Below, in pieces: positions 28,137 through 37,113 of a stretch of DNA of 64,000 nucleotides. Within the stretch, counting starts at the first letter, position 1, and each line of letters opens with the position of its first letter. The notes under the pieces were generated by a model. It made no database searches. It saw only the letters and a list, made by a program, of their open reading frames with translations, and was not told the DNA's origin. Made by a program: the position numbers and the translations under genes. The stretch comes from Elusimicrobiota bacterium (lineage in GTDB: Bacteria; Elusimicrobiota; Elusimicrobia; UBA1565; UBA9628), in assembly GCA_028868375.1 (NCBI GenBank), contig JAGWUP010000002.1, positions 25,841 to 89,840 on the forward strand, given 5' to 3'.

Positions 28137-28922
28137 GTGAGCCGTCGTCGCCGGCCCGCCGCAGCGGGACCGCGCTGGCTGGGCGGCATCCACGCCGCGC
28201 AAGAGACCCTGCGCGCCAACCCGGGCGCCGCGCGCGAGCTTTGGATCGAACACGAGCAGAACAGCCCCGCCATCAAGGAGATCATCGGCCTGGCCCGCCG
28301 ATTAGGCTTGCCGGTGCGCTTCATGGCGCGCCGGGAGTTGGACCGCGCCACGGGCGGACTTCGCCATCAGGGCGTGGCGCTGAAAGCCGGCCTCCAGCCG
28401 ACCCTCGGACTGGAGGCCGCTCTCGAGCGGTTGGGCGAGGAGGACAAGAAAAACCTGGTCTTGGTCGCCCTCGACCAAATCCAGGACCCGCACAACCTCG
28501 GGGCGATCGCCCGCTCGGCCGTCAACCTCGGCGCCCGGGGCCTGATCCTGCCGGAGCGCCACAGCGCCGCCGCGAGCCCGGCGGCGGTGCAGGTCTCCGC
28601 CGGGGCGCTCCAGCGCATCGCGCTGCATTACGTCGTCAACCTGGCCGAGGCGCTGCGCCGCTGTCGCGAGCGGGGCTTCTGGATCTACGGCGCGGACGCT
28701 TCGGGACGGCCGGTCTGGGAAGCGCGCATCAACGCCCCGCTGGTGCTGGTGATCGGCTCCGAGGGTTCCGGTCTGCGGCCGTTGACGCGCTCCCTCTGCG
28801 ATGAATTGGTCTCGATTCCGCAGGCGCCGGGCGGGGTCGACAGCCTCAACGCCTCCTGCGCGGCCTCCGTGCTGCTCTACGAGATCGCCCGCCAGCTCGG
28901 CCGGCCCCCGGCGGGGCGATGA
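28137..28922 (+). CDS. rlmB: 23S rRNA Gm2251 2'-O-methyltransferase (SpoU/TrmH family)
   Basis: LDQIQDPHNLGAIARSA, VIGSEGSGLRP and SLNASCAASVLLYE motifs. GTG start after GGAGGAGG. Confidence 0.85.
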   Translation: MSRRRRPAAAGPRWLGGIHAAQETLRANPGAARELWIEHEQNSPAIKEIIGLARRLGLPVRFMARRELDRATGGLRHQGVALKAGLQPTLGLEAALERLGEEDKKNLVLVALDQIQDPHNLGAIARSAVNLGARGLILPERHSAAASPAAVQVSAGALQRIALHYVVNLAEALRRCRERGFWIYGADASGRPVWEARINAPLVLVIGSEGSGLRPLTRSLCDELVSIPQAPGGVDSLNASCAASVLLYEIARQLGRPPAGR

Positions 28923-29803
28923 AAAACCCCGCTGGCATGGAGGCCTGTTCCTGCCGCGACGAAGAGGCGCCGCCGCTGCGTCCGCTGGCCCTGGCGCTTT
29001 CGCTGACGGCGACCGTCTTCGCCGTCGAGCTTGCCGGGGGCTGGTGGACCGGCAGCCTGGCCCTTTTGGCCGACGCCGCGCACGTCGCCATCGACCTGAT
29101 CGCGCTGGCCATGGCCTTGTTCGCCGCCCTGCTGGGCCGCCGGCCGCCGGATTCCAGGCGGACCTTCGGCTACAGGCGCGTCGAGGTGCTGGCCGCGCTG
29201 GGCAACGCGGTCGCGCTTTGGGTGGCCACGGGGATCATCCTGCGCGAGGCCTATTTCCGCTTCTTCTCGCCCACGCCGGTGGCGGCGAAGTCCATGATCG
29301 CTTTGGCCGGCGTCGGCTTGGCCTGCAACCTCGCCAGCGGGCTGATCCTCGCGCGTTCCAGCCGCCGCAACATCAACCTGCGCGGCGCGTTCCTGCACGT
29401 GGCGACGGACGCCCTGGGAGCCTTGGGGGCGATGCTCGCCGGCGCCGTGATCCTTGAGACCGGCTGGTACCAGGCCGATGCCGTGGCCTCCGGACTCATC
29501 TGCGTCGGCATCATCGCGACCTCCTATTGGCTGCTGAGAGACTCCATCCGCATCCTTCTGGAGGGCGCGCCTGCCCGCCTGGACATCGAGGAGGTGCGCT
29601 CCGCTCTCGCCGCCCTGGACGGCGTCAAGGAGGTCCACGACCTGCATCTCTGGTCGCTGACCGAGGGCAGCGAGTCGATGAGCGGGCATCTCGTCATCGA
29701 GCCCGGCCGCGACTCTCATGCCGTGCTCGGGGCGGGGCGCGCGCTGCTCAAGGAGCGCTTCCGGCTGGGGCACGTCACGCTCCAGGTGGAGAAGCAAGAT
29801 TGA
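28919..29803 (+). CDS. cation diffusion facilitator (Zn/Co/Cd efflux) transporter
   Basis: Six TM helices, LLADAAHVAIDL and HVATDALGA motifs, C-terminal VHDLHLWSL domain. Confidence 0.85.
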   Translation: MKNPAGMEACSCRDEEAPPLRPLALALSLTATVFAVELAGGWWTGSLALLADAAHVAIDLIALAMALFAALLGRRPPDSRRTFGYRRVEVLAALGNAVALWVATGIILREAYFRFFSPTPVAAKSMIALAGVGLACNLASGLILARSSRRNINLRGAFLHVATDALGALGAMLAGAVILETGWYQADAVASGLICVGIIATSYWLLRDSIRILLEGAPARLDIEEVRSALAALDGVKEVHDLHLWSLTEGSESMSGHLVIEPGRDSHAVLGAGRALLKERFRLGHVTLQVEKQD

Positions 29804-30432
29804 CCACGGCGCGCCGAAGAGCGGCGTTGATCCTGCTCAACGGAGAAATCCCCGAGCCGGCCTTGGTGCGCGCGGCCGCCAAGGCCTGCCGGGGCATAAT
29901 CTGCGCCGACGGAGGGCTGCGCCACGCCGTACGGCTGGGGCTGCGGCCGGACTTCGTGGCGGGCGACATGGACTCGCTGCCGCGGCGCCTGCCGCCAGCT
30001 CCCGCCCTCGTCTACTGGTGCGATTTCGACGAGAACCGTTCTGATTTCGACAAGGCCCTGGCCCTGGCCGCGAGGCTGGGCTGCCGTCGCGCCTACGTGG
30101 CCGGGGCGCTGGGCGGACGCGCCGACCATGCCCTCGTCAATCTCGGGGTCTTCGAGCGCTATCGCGGTCCCTTGGAGCTGCTGCTGCTCGATCGGGGGCT
30201 GGCGCGGCTGCTGGGGCCGGGGCGGCATTCCTTGCCGCTGAGGCGCGGGCGCTTCTCCCTGCTGGCGGCGCCTTCCGCGGTGCTGACCCTCGGCGGCGCC
30301 CGCTACCCGCTGCGGCGTTTTGCCCTGCATAGCCCAAGCCGGGGCCTGGGCAACTCGGCGCGGGGCCGTCCGCTGCTGACGGTGCACCGCGGGCGCGTTT
30401 GGCTCATCGTCGACAAGCCGGCCGCGGCTTGA
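29800..30432 (+). CDS. thiamine pyrophosphokinase
   Basis: ILLNGE, ICADGG, VAGDMDS, DFDKAL and GALGGRADHALVN motifs. TTG overlaps the upstream stop. Confidence 0.7.
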   Translation: MTTARRRAALILLNGEIPEPALVRAAAKACRGIICADGGLRHAVRLGLRPDFVAGDMDSLPRRLPPAPALVYWCDFDENRSDFDKALALAARLGCRRAYVAGALGGRADHALVNLGVFERYRGPLELLLLDRGLARLLGPGRHSLPLRRGRFSLLAAPSAVLTLGGARYPLRRFALHSPSRGLGNSARGRPLLTVHRGRVWLIVDKPAAA

Positions 30433-30458
30433 CATCGAACGCCAGTTCGATTTATACT
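30429..30458 (+). promoter_or_regulatory. lexA promoter TTGACA-N18-TATACT, start codon 6 nt downstream
   Basis: TTGACA at 30429-30434, TATACT at 30453-30458, ATG at 30465. Confidence 0.7.
30436..30449. promoter_or_regulatory. SOS (Cheo-type) LexA operator CGAAC-N4-GTTCG
   Basis: Perfect palindrome CGAACGCCAGTTCG between the -35 and -10 elements of lexA. Confidence 0.75.
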
Positions 30459-30464
30459 GGGCCA

Positions 30465-31061
30465 ATGAACGAGAACGCCTTGACGCCGCAGCAGCAGTCC
30501 ATCTTGGGGCTGGTCCGCAAGTTCCTGGCCGAGCACGGCTACGCGCCGACGGTGCGGGAGCTCTGCCGGCTGGCCGGCTTGAAGTCCCCGGACACCGTGC
30601 AATACCACCTCGACAATCTCCGCGCCAAGGGCCTGCTGGCCTCCCTCAGCGGCAAGTCTCGCACCCTGGCCCTGGCCGGCTGCGAGCGAGTGGCCCTCAT
30701 CCCGATTTTGGGGCGCGTTCCCGCGGGGCCGGCGGAAGGGGCCAGCGCGCAGGCCGAGGGGCACGTCGCCGCCGTCGTCGAGGGAGAGTCCATCGAGTCG
30801 TTGTTCGCCTTGCGCGTCAAGGGAGACAGCATGGAGCCGACCTTGATGGACCGGGATACCGTGCTGGTGCGCTGGCAGCAGCGGGCAAGCTCCGGGGACA
30901 TCATCGTCGCCCGATTCGAGGAGGACGAATCCACCGTCAAGCGCCTGAAGCTGGCGCAGAAGGGGGCCATCCTGGTGCCCGACAATCCCCGCTACCCGCC
31001 GTTCCCTTTGGGCGACGGCCAGATCGCCGGCAAGGTGGTCTCTCTGATCCGAAGGCTTTAG
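30465..31061 (+). CDS. lexA: LexA repressor
   Basis: LTPQQQSIL..GYAPTVRELC winged helix, VKGDSMEP serine, VKRLK lysine. SOS box lies in its own promoter. Confidence 0.9.
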   Translation: MNENALTPQQQSILGLVRKFLAEHGYAPTVRELCRLAGLKSPDTVQYHLDNLRAKGLLASLSGKSRTLALAGCERVALIPILGRVPAGPAEGASAQAEGHVAAVVEGESIESLFALRVKGDSMEPTLMDRDTVLVRWQQRASSGDIIVARFEEDESTVKRLKLAQKGAILVPDNPRYPPFPLGDGQIAGKVVSLIRRL

Positions 31062-31076
31062 CGAGGTCCCGGCGCC

Positions 31077-32318
31077 TCAGCGGTAGAGCAGGTAGCGCCG
31101 GCGCCGAAGACGGAAGGCCGCATCCTCGCGGCGCCATGCCCGCAAGAGCTTGGAGACGGGCTTTCCTGCCTCCAGCCATTGCCGGGTCTGCGGCCCGCCC
31201 AGCACGCGGTCGAACGCGGCCCTGCCTTCGGCGGACGCCTCCGCGAAGAGAGGATGCGCGGGATAGAGCCGGCGCAGGATCTCGATGGCGTAGAACTGAA
31301 TCGCGGTCCAAGGGGCCCGGTCGGGGCGCAGCAGGTGGATCTGCACGCCGCCGCACAGCTTTCCTTTATAAGTGCCGTAAAACGGCTTGTAGCGCAGCGG
31401 GCGAAAGCGGACTCCGGCAAGCCCCAGGGCGTTGAGTTTCGCCGCGAAGACATCGGGGTCGATCCACGGGGCTCCGAGCAATTCAAAGGGCAGCGGATAG
31501 CCCACGCCCTCGTTGACCACGCGCAGCTCGCCCAAGATGCCGGTGGCCGCGTAGAAAAAGCTGGTCTCGGCGCGCGGGATGTGGGGCGAGGTCGGCACCC
31601 AGGGGCGTCCGGTGCCGGCGAAGGCCATGCTCCGCCTCCAGCCTTCCATGCGCACGACGGTCAGCTTGCATTTGCGGCCGCCGGGCAGCCAGCCTTCCCC
31701 GTTGATCATCCTCGCCAGCTCGCCGGGGGTCATGCCGTAGACGTAGGGGATCGGCAGCCAGTCGACGAAGGAGCGCTTCCAGCCTTGGGGCGGGACGTTG
31801 CCCTCCACGCGCAGGCCCCCGTCCGGATCGGGGCGGTCGAGCACGACGAAGGGGATGTTCGCCTTCGCGGCGGCGTCCATCGCCAGGGCCAGCGTCGAGA
31901 TGAAGGTGTAGGAGCGCGCCCCGATGTCCTGCACGTCGTAGACCAGGACGTCGACGCCCTGAAGCATCCCGGGCGTGGGCTCGGCGGTCTTGCCGTAGAG
32001 AGAATAGACCGGCAGGCCGGTTTCCGGATCGCGCTGGTCGGCCACCCGCTCTCCCGCGTAGGCGGCGCCGCGGATGCCGTGCTCGGGGCCCATCAGCGCC
32101 ACCAGCCGCACCCCCGGAGTCCTAAACAGGGCGTCCGCCGTGGGCACCAGGCCCTTGGTCACGGCGGCCGGATGGGTGATCAGCGCCACCCGCTTGCCGC
32201 GCAAAAGCTCCGCGCCGTTGGAGAGCAGCACGTCGATGCCGGCTTGGTAGGGTTGCCTGGCCGGCGCGGCGCTGGCGCCGGCCAGCCACAACCAGGAGAA
32301 GGCCAGAAGCGCCCTCAT
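31077..32318 (-). CDS. DUF1343-family protein (NamZ-like exo-beta-N-acetylmuramidase), secreted
   Basis: Signal peptide, then GIDVLL..LLRGKRVALITHPAAV..LMGPEHGIRG..VYDVQDIGARSYTFISTL. Confidence 0.85.
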   Translation of the reverse strand: MRALLAFSWLWLAGASAAPARQPYQAGIDVLLSNGAELLRGKRVALITHPAAVTKGLVPTADALFRTPGVRLVALMGPEHGIRGAAYAGERVADQRDPETGLPVYSLYGKTAEPTPGMLQGVDVLVYDVQDIGARSYTFISTLALAMDAAAKANIPFVVLDRPDPDGGLRVEGNVPPQGWKRSFVDWLPIPYVYGMTPGELARMINGEGWLPGGRKCKLTVVRMEGWRRSMAFAGTGRPWVPTSPHIPRAETSFFYAATGILGELRVVNEGVGYPLPFELLGAPWIDPDVFAAKLNALGLAGVRFRPLRYKPFYGTYKGKLCGGVQIHLLRPDRAPWTAIQFYAIEILRRLYPAHPLFAEASAEGRAAFDRVLGGPQTRQWLEAGKPVSKLLRAWRREDAAFRLRRRRYLLYR

Positions 32319-32454
32319 GGGCGGGACAGTTCCAGCTTTGCCGGCAGCCTAATCTCCATTTCCGCAGTATCGCGCATGTTCCCGCCGGGAGTCAAGCGTC
32401 GCCGGCGTTATTGGGTAGGACCAATGCTCGTCGTGAACTGGGCCCGGCGCCCCG

Positions 32455-32482
32455 TTGACAAGCCGCGGCATTCTGATATAAT
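32455..32482 (+). promoter_or_regulatory. promoter TTGACA-N16-TATAAT upstream of smc
   Basis: TTGACA at 32455-32460 and TATAAT at 32477-32482. A second TATAAT lies at 32513-32518. Confidence 0.55.
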
Positions 32483-32566
32483 GAGGCGCTCGAAGGGGAA
32501 TCCTGATACAGCTATAATATATCACAGAATGATAAAATATGGACTGATTTGGATTCGCGAGGCCCC

Positions 32567-35500
32567 ATGTACCTGAAATCGATCGATATCGTCGGCTACA
32601 AGTCCTTCGCGCTGAAGACCCACCTTGATTTGGAGCCGGGCATCACCGGAATCATCGGCCCGAACGGCTGCGGCAAGTCCAACATCATGGAGTCGGTGCG
32701 CTGGTGCTTGGGAGAGATGTCCTGGAAAAGCCTGCGCGCCGACGCGATGATCGACGTGATCTTTTCCGGGACGGCCAAGCGCCAGCCGCTGTCGATGACG
32801 GAGGTCACCCTGACCTTCGATAACGCCTCGCAGCTCCTGCCCGTGCAGTTCTCAGAGGTGACCGTCACCCGGCGCATCTACCGCTCCGGGGAGTCCGCTT
32901 ATTTTCTCAACCGCACCCAATGCCGCCTGCGCGATATTCGCGAAATGTTCCTCGACACCGGCCTGGGCGGCGACGGCTACGCCATCATCGACCAGGGCGG
33001 GGTCGACGCGATGATCAGCGCCAAGCCGGAGGAGCGGCGGGCCTTTTTCGACGAGGCCGCCGGGGTTGCCAAGTACAACGCCAAGCGCGAGGAGGCCCTG
33101 CGCAAGCTGGAGCGAGTCGAGATGGACATGGGCCGCCTGCAGGATTCCGTCTCCCTCATCGACGAGCAGGTCAAGAAGCTGGATTCCGACGCGAGAAAGG
33201 CGAAGCTGTTCCAAAAATACAAGGAGGAGCTGGCGGCCGCCGAGGCGGCGCATATCCTCCAGCAGATCGCAGAGAGCGAGGCCGAGCTGTCCAGGCTCGA
33301 CGGCGAGTCCAAGCCGTTGGCCGAGGCTCTCGGGGCTCGCCGCGCCGAGTTGAGCGCCGAAGGGGCCACGCTGGCGGCTCACGCTCTCGACAAGGCCAAT
33401 CAGCAGAACCAGCTTATCGAGAGCAACCAGCGCCTCGCGGAGGTCAAGGCCGAGGCCGGCCGCCTGGAGGAGCGCCTGCATAGCGCGGAGGAGGCGATCA
33501 CCCAAGCCGAGCAGAGAGCCCTTCAATGCGAGGACGAATTGCGCCAGCTCTCCCAGCGCGCGACGGCCGTGGCTCCGGAGATCAAGCGTTCCAGCGAGGA
33601 GGCGGCGGCGGCCGAAGCGGCTAAGACGGCGGCGGAGGCCGAGGCGGCGGGGTGGCACGAGCAGTTGGCCGCCGTGCGCGGCCGGCTGTCCGAGGCCGAG
33701 GCGGGCCTCGAGCGCTTGCGTCGGGAGGCGCTGCAGGCCGCCGAGCAGGGCCTGGCCCAACGCCGCAAGCTGTCTGAATCCGAGAGCGCCTGGGCCAGGC
33801 AGGAGATGGGCGCGCGCGCTGCTTTGCGCGAGCTGGAGAAAGGCTTGGCCCAGCGCGCTTCCTGCGATGCCGAGCTGGCTGCGGCGCGCGCCGAGCTGGA
33901 TTTGCGGCGCCGGCGGGTGGAGTCCGCGCGCTCCGAGCTCGATCGCGCCGAGGCGGAGGCGTCCGGGCTGCGCTCCCGGCATGCCGAGCTCGGCGAGGAG
34001 ACGCTGCGCCTGCACACCGATTTGGCCCGCGGCAAGGCCCAGGCCGAGTCCTTGGAGGCCCAGGGCGGGCAGAATCCCTATTGGATCGGCGCCCAAGCCT
34101 GCTTGGAGGCGGGCATCCCCGGAGTGCGGGGGACCGTCCGCCAGCTTTTCATGCTCGAGGAGGAGACGTACAAGCCGTATCTGGAGGACCTGCTCGGAGA
34201 GCGGCTCTACGCGGTCGTTTGCGAGGACTCCACGGCGGCGCGCCGCTGCGTCGAGCTGCTCGAGGACTCCGGCCGCGGACGCGGACGTTTCCTGGTGCTG
34301 AGCGCCCTCCCGGAGCTTCCCGCCGACAGGGGCTATCCGGATGAGGCCAAGCCGCTGCTGGCGCGGATTCGTTGGGACGCGCGCGACGAGCGGGCGGTGC
34401 GGTTTCTTTTGGGCGAAAGCTATGCCTTGGGCAGGACCTTGTTCACCGATCACTGGGTCTATGGCGGCGGCAGCGACCATGAAAGCCTGAAGTTGTCCCT
34501 CTCCGACGTCCAAGAGGTCCGCGCCAAGGTCGCGGCGGCCGAGGCGCGCGCGGCCGAGGTGGCCGCGCTGCGCGTTCGATGCGGCTCGGATCTGGAGGTC
34601 GCGGAGTCGCGCACGCGCGCCGCGCAGCAGGCCCTGACGGAGGAAAGCGGCACGGAACGCTCCCTGGCGGCCCAGATCGCCGAGAAGGAATCCAGCCTGG
34701 CGCTCTACGCCGGCGACGCGGAGCTCTCGCTTGCCGAGGCGGCGCGCGCGCTGGCGGAGATGGCCCTTATTAAGGAAGAGATCGGCCGGCTGCGCGCCAG
34801 CGCGGCCGAAGGCGAGCAGGCTGAGGCGCTCTTGCGCCAAAGGGAGGCGGAAGCCGCCCAAGGCATGGGGACGTTGCGCGAGGAGTTGGCGCGCGGCGAG
34901 GCGACCCAGGGGCATTTGCGCTCGCGTCTGGAGAGCGCGCGCCAGCATGTGGCCTTGCTGGAGAGCTCGCGGCAGCGGCTGTTGGCGGAGCAAGCCAGCC
35001 TGGAGGCCTCCTCGGCGCGGCGCGGCGTCGAATTGGGCGAGTTGACGAGCCAGAAACAGCAGGCCCAGGCGGTCATCGCCGAATCCCGCCAGCGCCTCGC
35101 GGAGCTGGCCGTCGATCTGGCCGCCCGCGAGAACGAGGCCAAGGCCGTCATGGAGCGCCTGCGCGATTTGGAGTTCCGGATCTCGGAGCGGGAGGCCAAG
35201 GCGCGGGAGCTCTCCCAGCAGGCGGAGCAGGCCCAGGGGCAGCTGCACGCCTTGGAGCTTAAGGCCAGCGGCCAGCGCTCGGCGCAGGACCTGCTCAAGA
35301 AGCGGCTGTGGGACGAGTGGCAGTTGACGTCCGAGGAGGCTGCCGGCAAGTACAAGGGCGTCGAGGTCGACGTCGAGCGCATCGAGTTCTTGCGCAAGCG
35401 CATCGTCAACCTCGGCAACGTCAACATGGCCGCTCCGGAGGAGTACTTGGCGCTGTCCGAGAAGCAGGTCTTTCTCGCCAACCAGATCGAGGACCTGCGC

Positions 35501-36088
35501 AAGGCCAAGGAGGACCTGCTCGCGGCCGTCTCCAAGATCAACAGCGCCACGCGGGAGAATTTCCGCGACACCTTCACCACGGTGCGGGAGCATTTCCGCC
35601 GGCTATACGGCGTGCTTTTCGAGGGAGGGGAGGCGGACCTGATCCTGACCGACCCGGAGAACTTCCTGGAGACAGGCGTCGAGATCGTCGCCCAGCCTCC
35701 CGGCAAGCGCCTGCAGAGCATTTCCCTGCTCTCCGGAGGGGAAAAGACCCTGACCTCCATCGCCCTGCTGTTCTCCTTCTTCTTGGTCAAGCCCTCGCCC
35801 TTCTGCATGCTTGACGAGGCGGACGCTGCGCTCGACGACGCCAACGTCGAGCGCTTCGTCTCGCTGCTGCGCGAGTTCCAGCAGCGCTCCCAGTTCATCA
35901 TCGTCTCCCACAACAAGCGCACCATGGAGGCCGCCGATATCATCTACGGCGTCACGATGGAGGAGATGGGCGTCTCGCAGTTGGTCAGCGTCGACTTCCG
36001 CAAGAAGGGCAAGGCGCCGCCGGAGGGCCAGCCCGGCTCAGGGCCGCTGACCCACGGTCCCTTCGAGCGCGCCCCCCAGGGCGCCTGA
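32567..36088 (+). CDS. smc: chromosome segregation protein SMC
   Basis: MYLKSIDIVGYKSF..GPNGCGKSN Walker A, long coiled coils, hinge, LSGGEKTLTSIAL signature, MLDEADAALD Walker B. Confidence 0.95.
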   Translation: MYLKSIDIVGYKSFALKTHLDLEPGITGIIGPNGCGKSNIMESVRWCLGEMSWKSLRADAMIDVIFSGTAKRQPLSMTEVTLTFDNASQLLPVQFSEVTVTRRIYRSGESAYFLNRTQCRLRDIREMFLDTGLGGDGYAIIDQGGVDAMISAKPEERRAFFDEAAGVAKYNAKREEALRKLERVEMDMGRLQDSVSLIDEQVKKLDSDARKAKLFQKYKEELAAAEAAHILQQIAESEAELSRLDGESKPLAEALGARRAELSAEGATLAAHALDKANQQNQLIESNQRLAEVKAEAGRLEERLHSAEEAITQAEQRALQCEDELRQLSQRATAVAPEIKRSSEEAAAAEAAKTAAEAEAAGWHEQLAAVRGRLSEAEAGLERLRREALQAAEQGLAQRRKLSESESAWARQEMGARAALRELEKGLAQRASCDAELAAARAELDLRRRRVESARSELDRAEAEASGLRSRHAELGEETLRLHTDLARGKAQAESLEAQGGQNPYWIGAQACLEAGIPGVRGTVRQLFMLEEETYKPYLEDLLGERLYAVVCEDSTAARRCVELLEDSGRGRGRFLVLSALPELPADRGYPDEAKPLLARIRWDARDERAVRFLLGESYALGRTLFTDHWVYGGGSDHESLKLSLSDVQEVRAKVAAAEARAAEVAALRVRCGSDLEVAESRTRAAQQALTEESGTERSLAAQIAEKESSLALYAGDAELSLAEAARALAEMALIKEEIGRLRASAAEGEQAEALLRQREAEAAQGMGTLREELARGEATQGHLRSRLESARQHVALLESSRQRLLAEQASLEASSARRGVELGELTSQKQQAQAVIAESRQRLAELAVDLAARENEAKAVMERLRDLEFRISEREAKARELSQQAEQAQGQLHALELKASGQRSAQDLLKKRLWDEWQLTSEEAAGKYKGVEVDVERIEFLRKRIVNLGNVNMAAPEEYLALSEKQVFLANQIEDLRKAKEDLLAAVSKINSATRENFRDTFTTVREHFRRLYGVLFEGGEADLILTDPENFLETGVEIVAQPPGKRLQSISLLSGGEKTLTSIALLFSFFLVKPSPFCMLDEADAALDDANVERFVSLLREFQQRSQFIIVSHNKRTMEAADIIYGVTMEEMGVSQLVSVDFRKKGKAPPEGQPGSGPLTHGPFERAPQGA

Positions 36089-36092
36089 GTCC

Positions 36093-36851
36093 TTGATCTA
36101 CGGAGTCTTCTCGGACGTCCATTCCAATGTCGAGGCCTTCGACGTCGTTCTGGATTATTTCAAGGATCTCGGCGTAGACGGCTACATCTGCTGCGGAGAC
36201 CTTGTGGGCTACGGCCCCCAGCCCAACGAGGTGGTCGAGCGGGTGCGCGCTCTTAGCAACGCCTACGTCATCTGCGGCAACCATGACCTCGCCGCCATCG
36301 GGCGCCTCGAGGTCGAGTGGTTCAATCCCTACGCGCGCGCCGCCGCCCTCTGGACCCGGGAGCGCCTCTCCGAGGCCTCGCGGGGCTATTTGGGGGGGCT
36401 GGCCGCCAAGTTGGAGGCGGATGGCTTCACGCTCGCTCACGGCACGCCCCGGCGGCCGCCGGAGGAATATCTCCTCAGCTCGGCCCAGTTTCGCGCCAAC
36501 ATCGAGCTGGTCCGGCGCTGGCCGCTGTTCGTCGGCCACAGCCATATGCCGCTCTGCTTTCGCGTTCGAAAGGACGCGAAAGGCGGCGTAGAGTCGCTTT
36601 TGCTGGAGGCCAGCCAGACCGTGGAGGCGGCGCGCGGCCCGGACGGCGGGCGCGCCCCGACCGCATTCAACCCGGGCTCCGTGGGCCAGCCCCGCGACCA
36701 GGACAGCCGCGCCTGCTGCGCCGTCTTCGACAGCGAGGAGCTGACCTTCCGTATCGCCAGGCTCGAATACGACGTGGCCGCCGTCCAAAGCAAGATCCGA
36801 GAGGCGGGCCTGCCCGAGTTCCTGGCGCTGCGGCTGGCTTTCGGGCAATAA
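36093..36851 (+). CDS. metallophosphoesterase (YfcE/MJ0936-like)
   Basis: GVFSDVHSN, CCGDLVGYG, CGNHD and GHSH motifs. TTG start. Confidence 0.8.
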   Translation: MIYGVFSDVHSNVEAFDVVLDYFKDLGVDGYICCGDLVGYGPQPNEVVERVRALSNAYVICGNHDLAAIGRLEVEWFNPYARAAALWTRERLSEASRGYLGGLAAKLEADGFTLAHGTPRRPPEEYLLSSAQFRANIELVRRWPLFVGHSHMPLCFRVRKDAKGGVESLLLEASQTVEAARGPDGGRAPTAFNPGSVGQPRDQDSRACCAVFDSEELTFRIARLEYDVAAVQSKIREAGLPEFLALRLAFGQ

Positions 36852-36929
36852 TGGGCCCTTTGCCGGGAGGGCTTGGGTCCTACGACCCATGAAGCTCGCC
36901 GTGGGCTCTGGTATCATCGCAATAAGGCC

Positions 36930-37112
36930 ATGAAGACAACGCGACCGACGTCCCGCAAGCACAACTGTAAGGCCCGCCTTCAGATCCTCCCCCGGGAGGT
37001 CTTCGAGACGTCCGCTCGTCCCAGGCTGAAGACGAGCCTGACCTTCGAGAGCGACTGCCAGTCTTATCTTTGGGTCACCGATCGCGGCCGCTCTCGCCTG
37101 ATCAAACATTAG
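36930..37112 (+). CDS. possible small basic protein (60 aa)
   Basis: G/C-dominated third positions in this frame. TATCAT lies 12 nt upstream. Stop abuts the next gene's start. No homology recognised. Confidence 0.35.
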   Translation: MKTTRPTSRKHNCKARLQILPREVFETSARPRLKTSLTFESDCQSYLWVTDRGRSRLIKH

Positions 37113-37113
37113 A

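Noticed and set aside
32852-35593. Very long antisense ORFs. Examples: 913 aa opposite smc, and also 17590-19080, 21612-22889, 25599-26732, 26609-28351, 42832-44250, 44225-45616, 46037-47110, 52293-53684, 54170-55495, 55502-57037, 58589-60475, 60617-61930.
   Set aside because: They lie opposite genes with unmistakable conserved motifs. Their products are Arg/Gly/Ala/Pro/Leu-rich low complexity. Stop-poor antisense frames are expected in GC-rich DNA.
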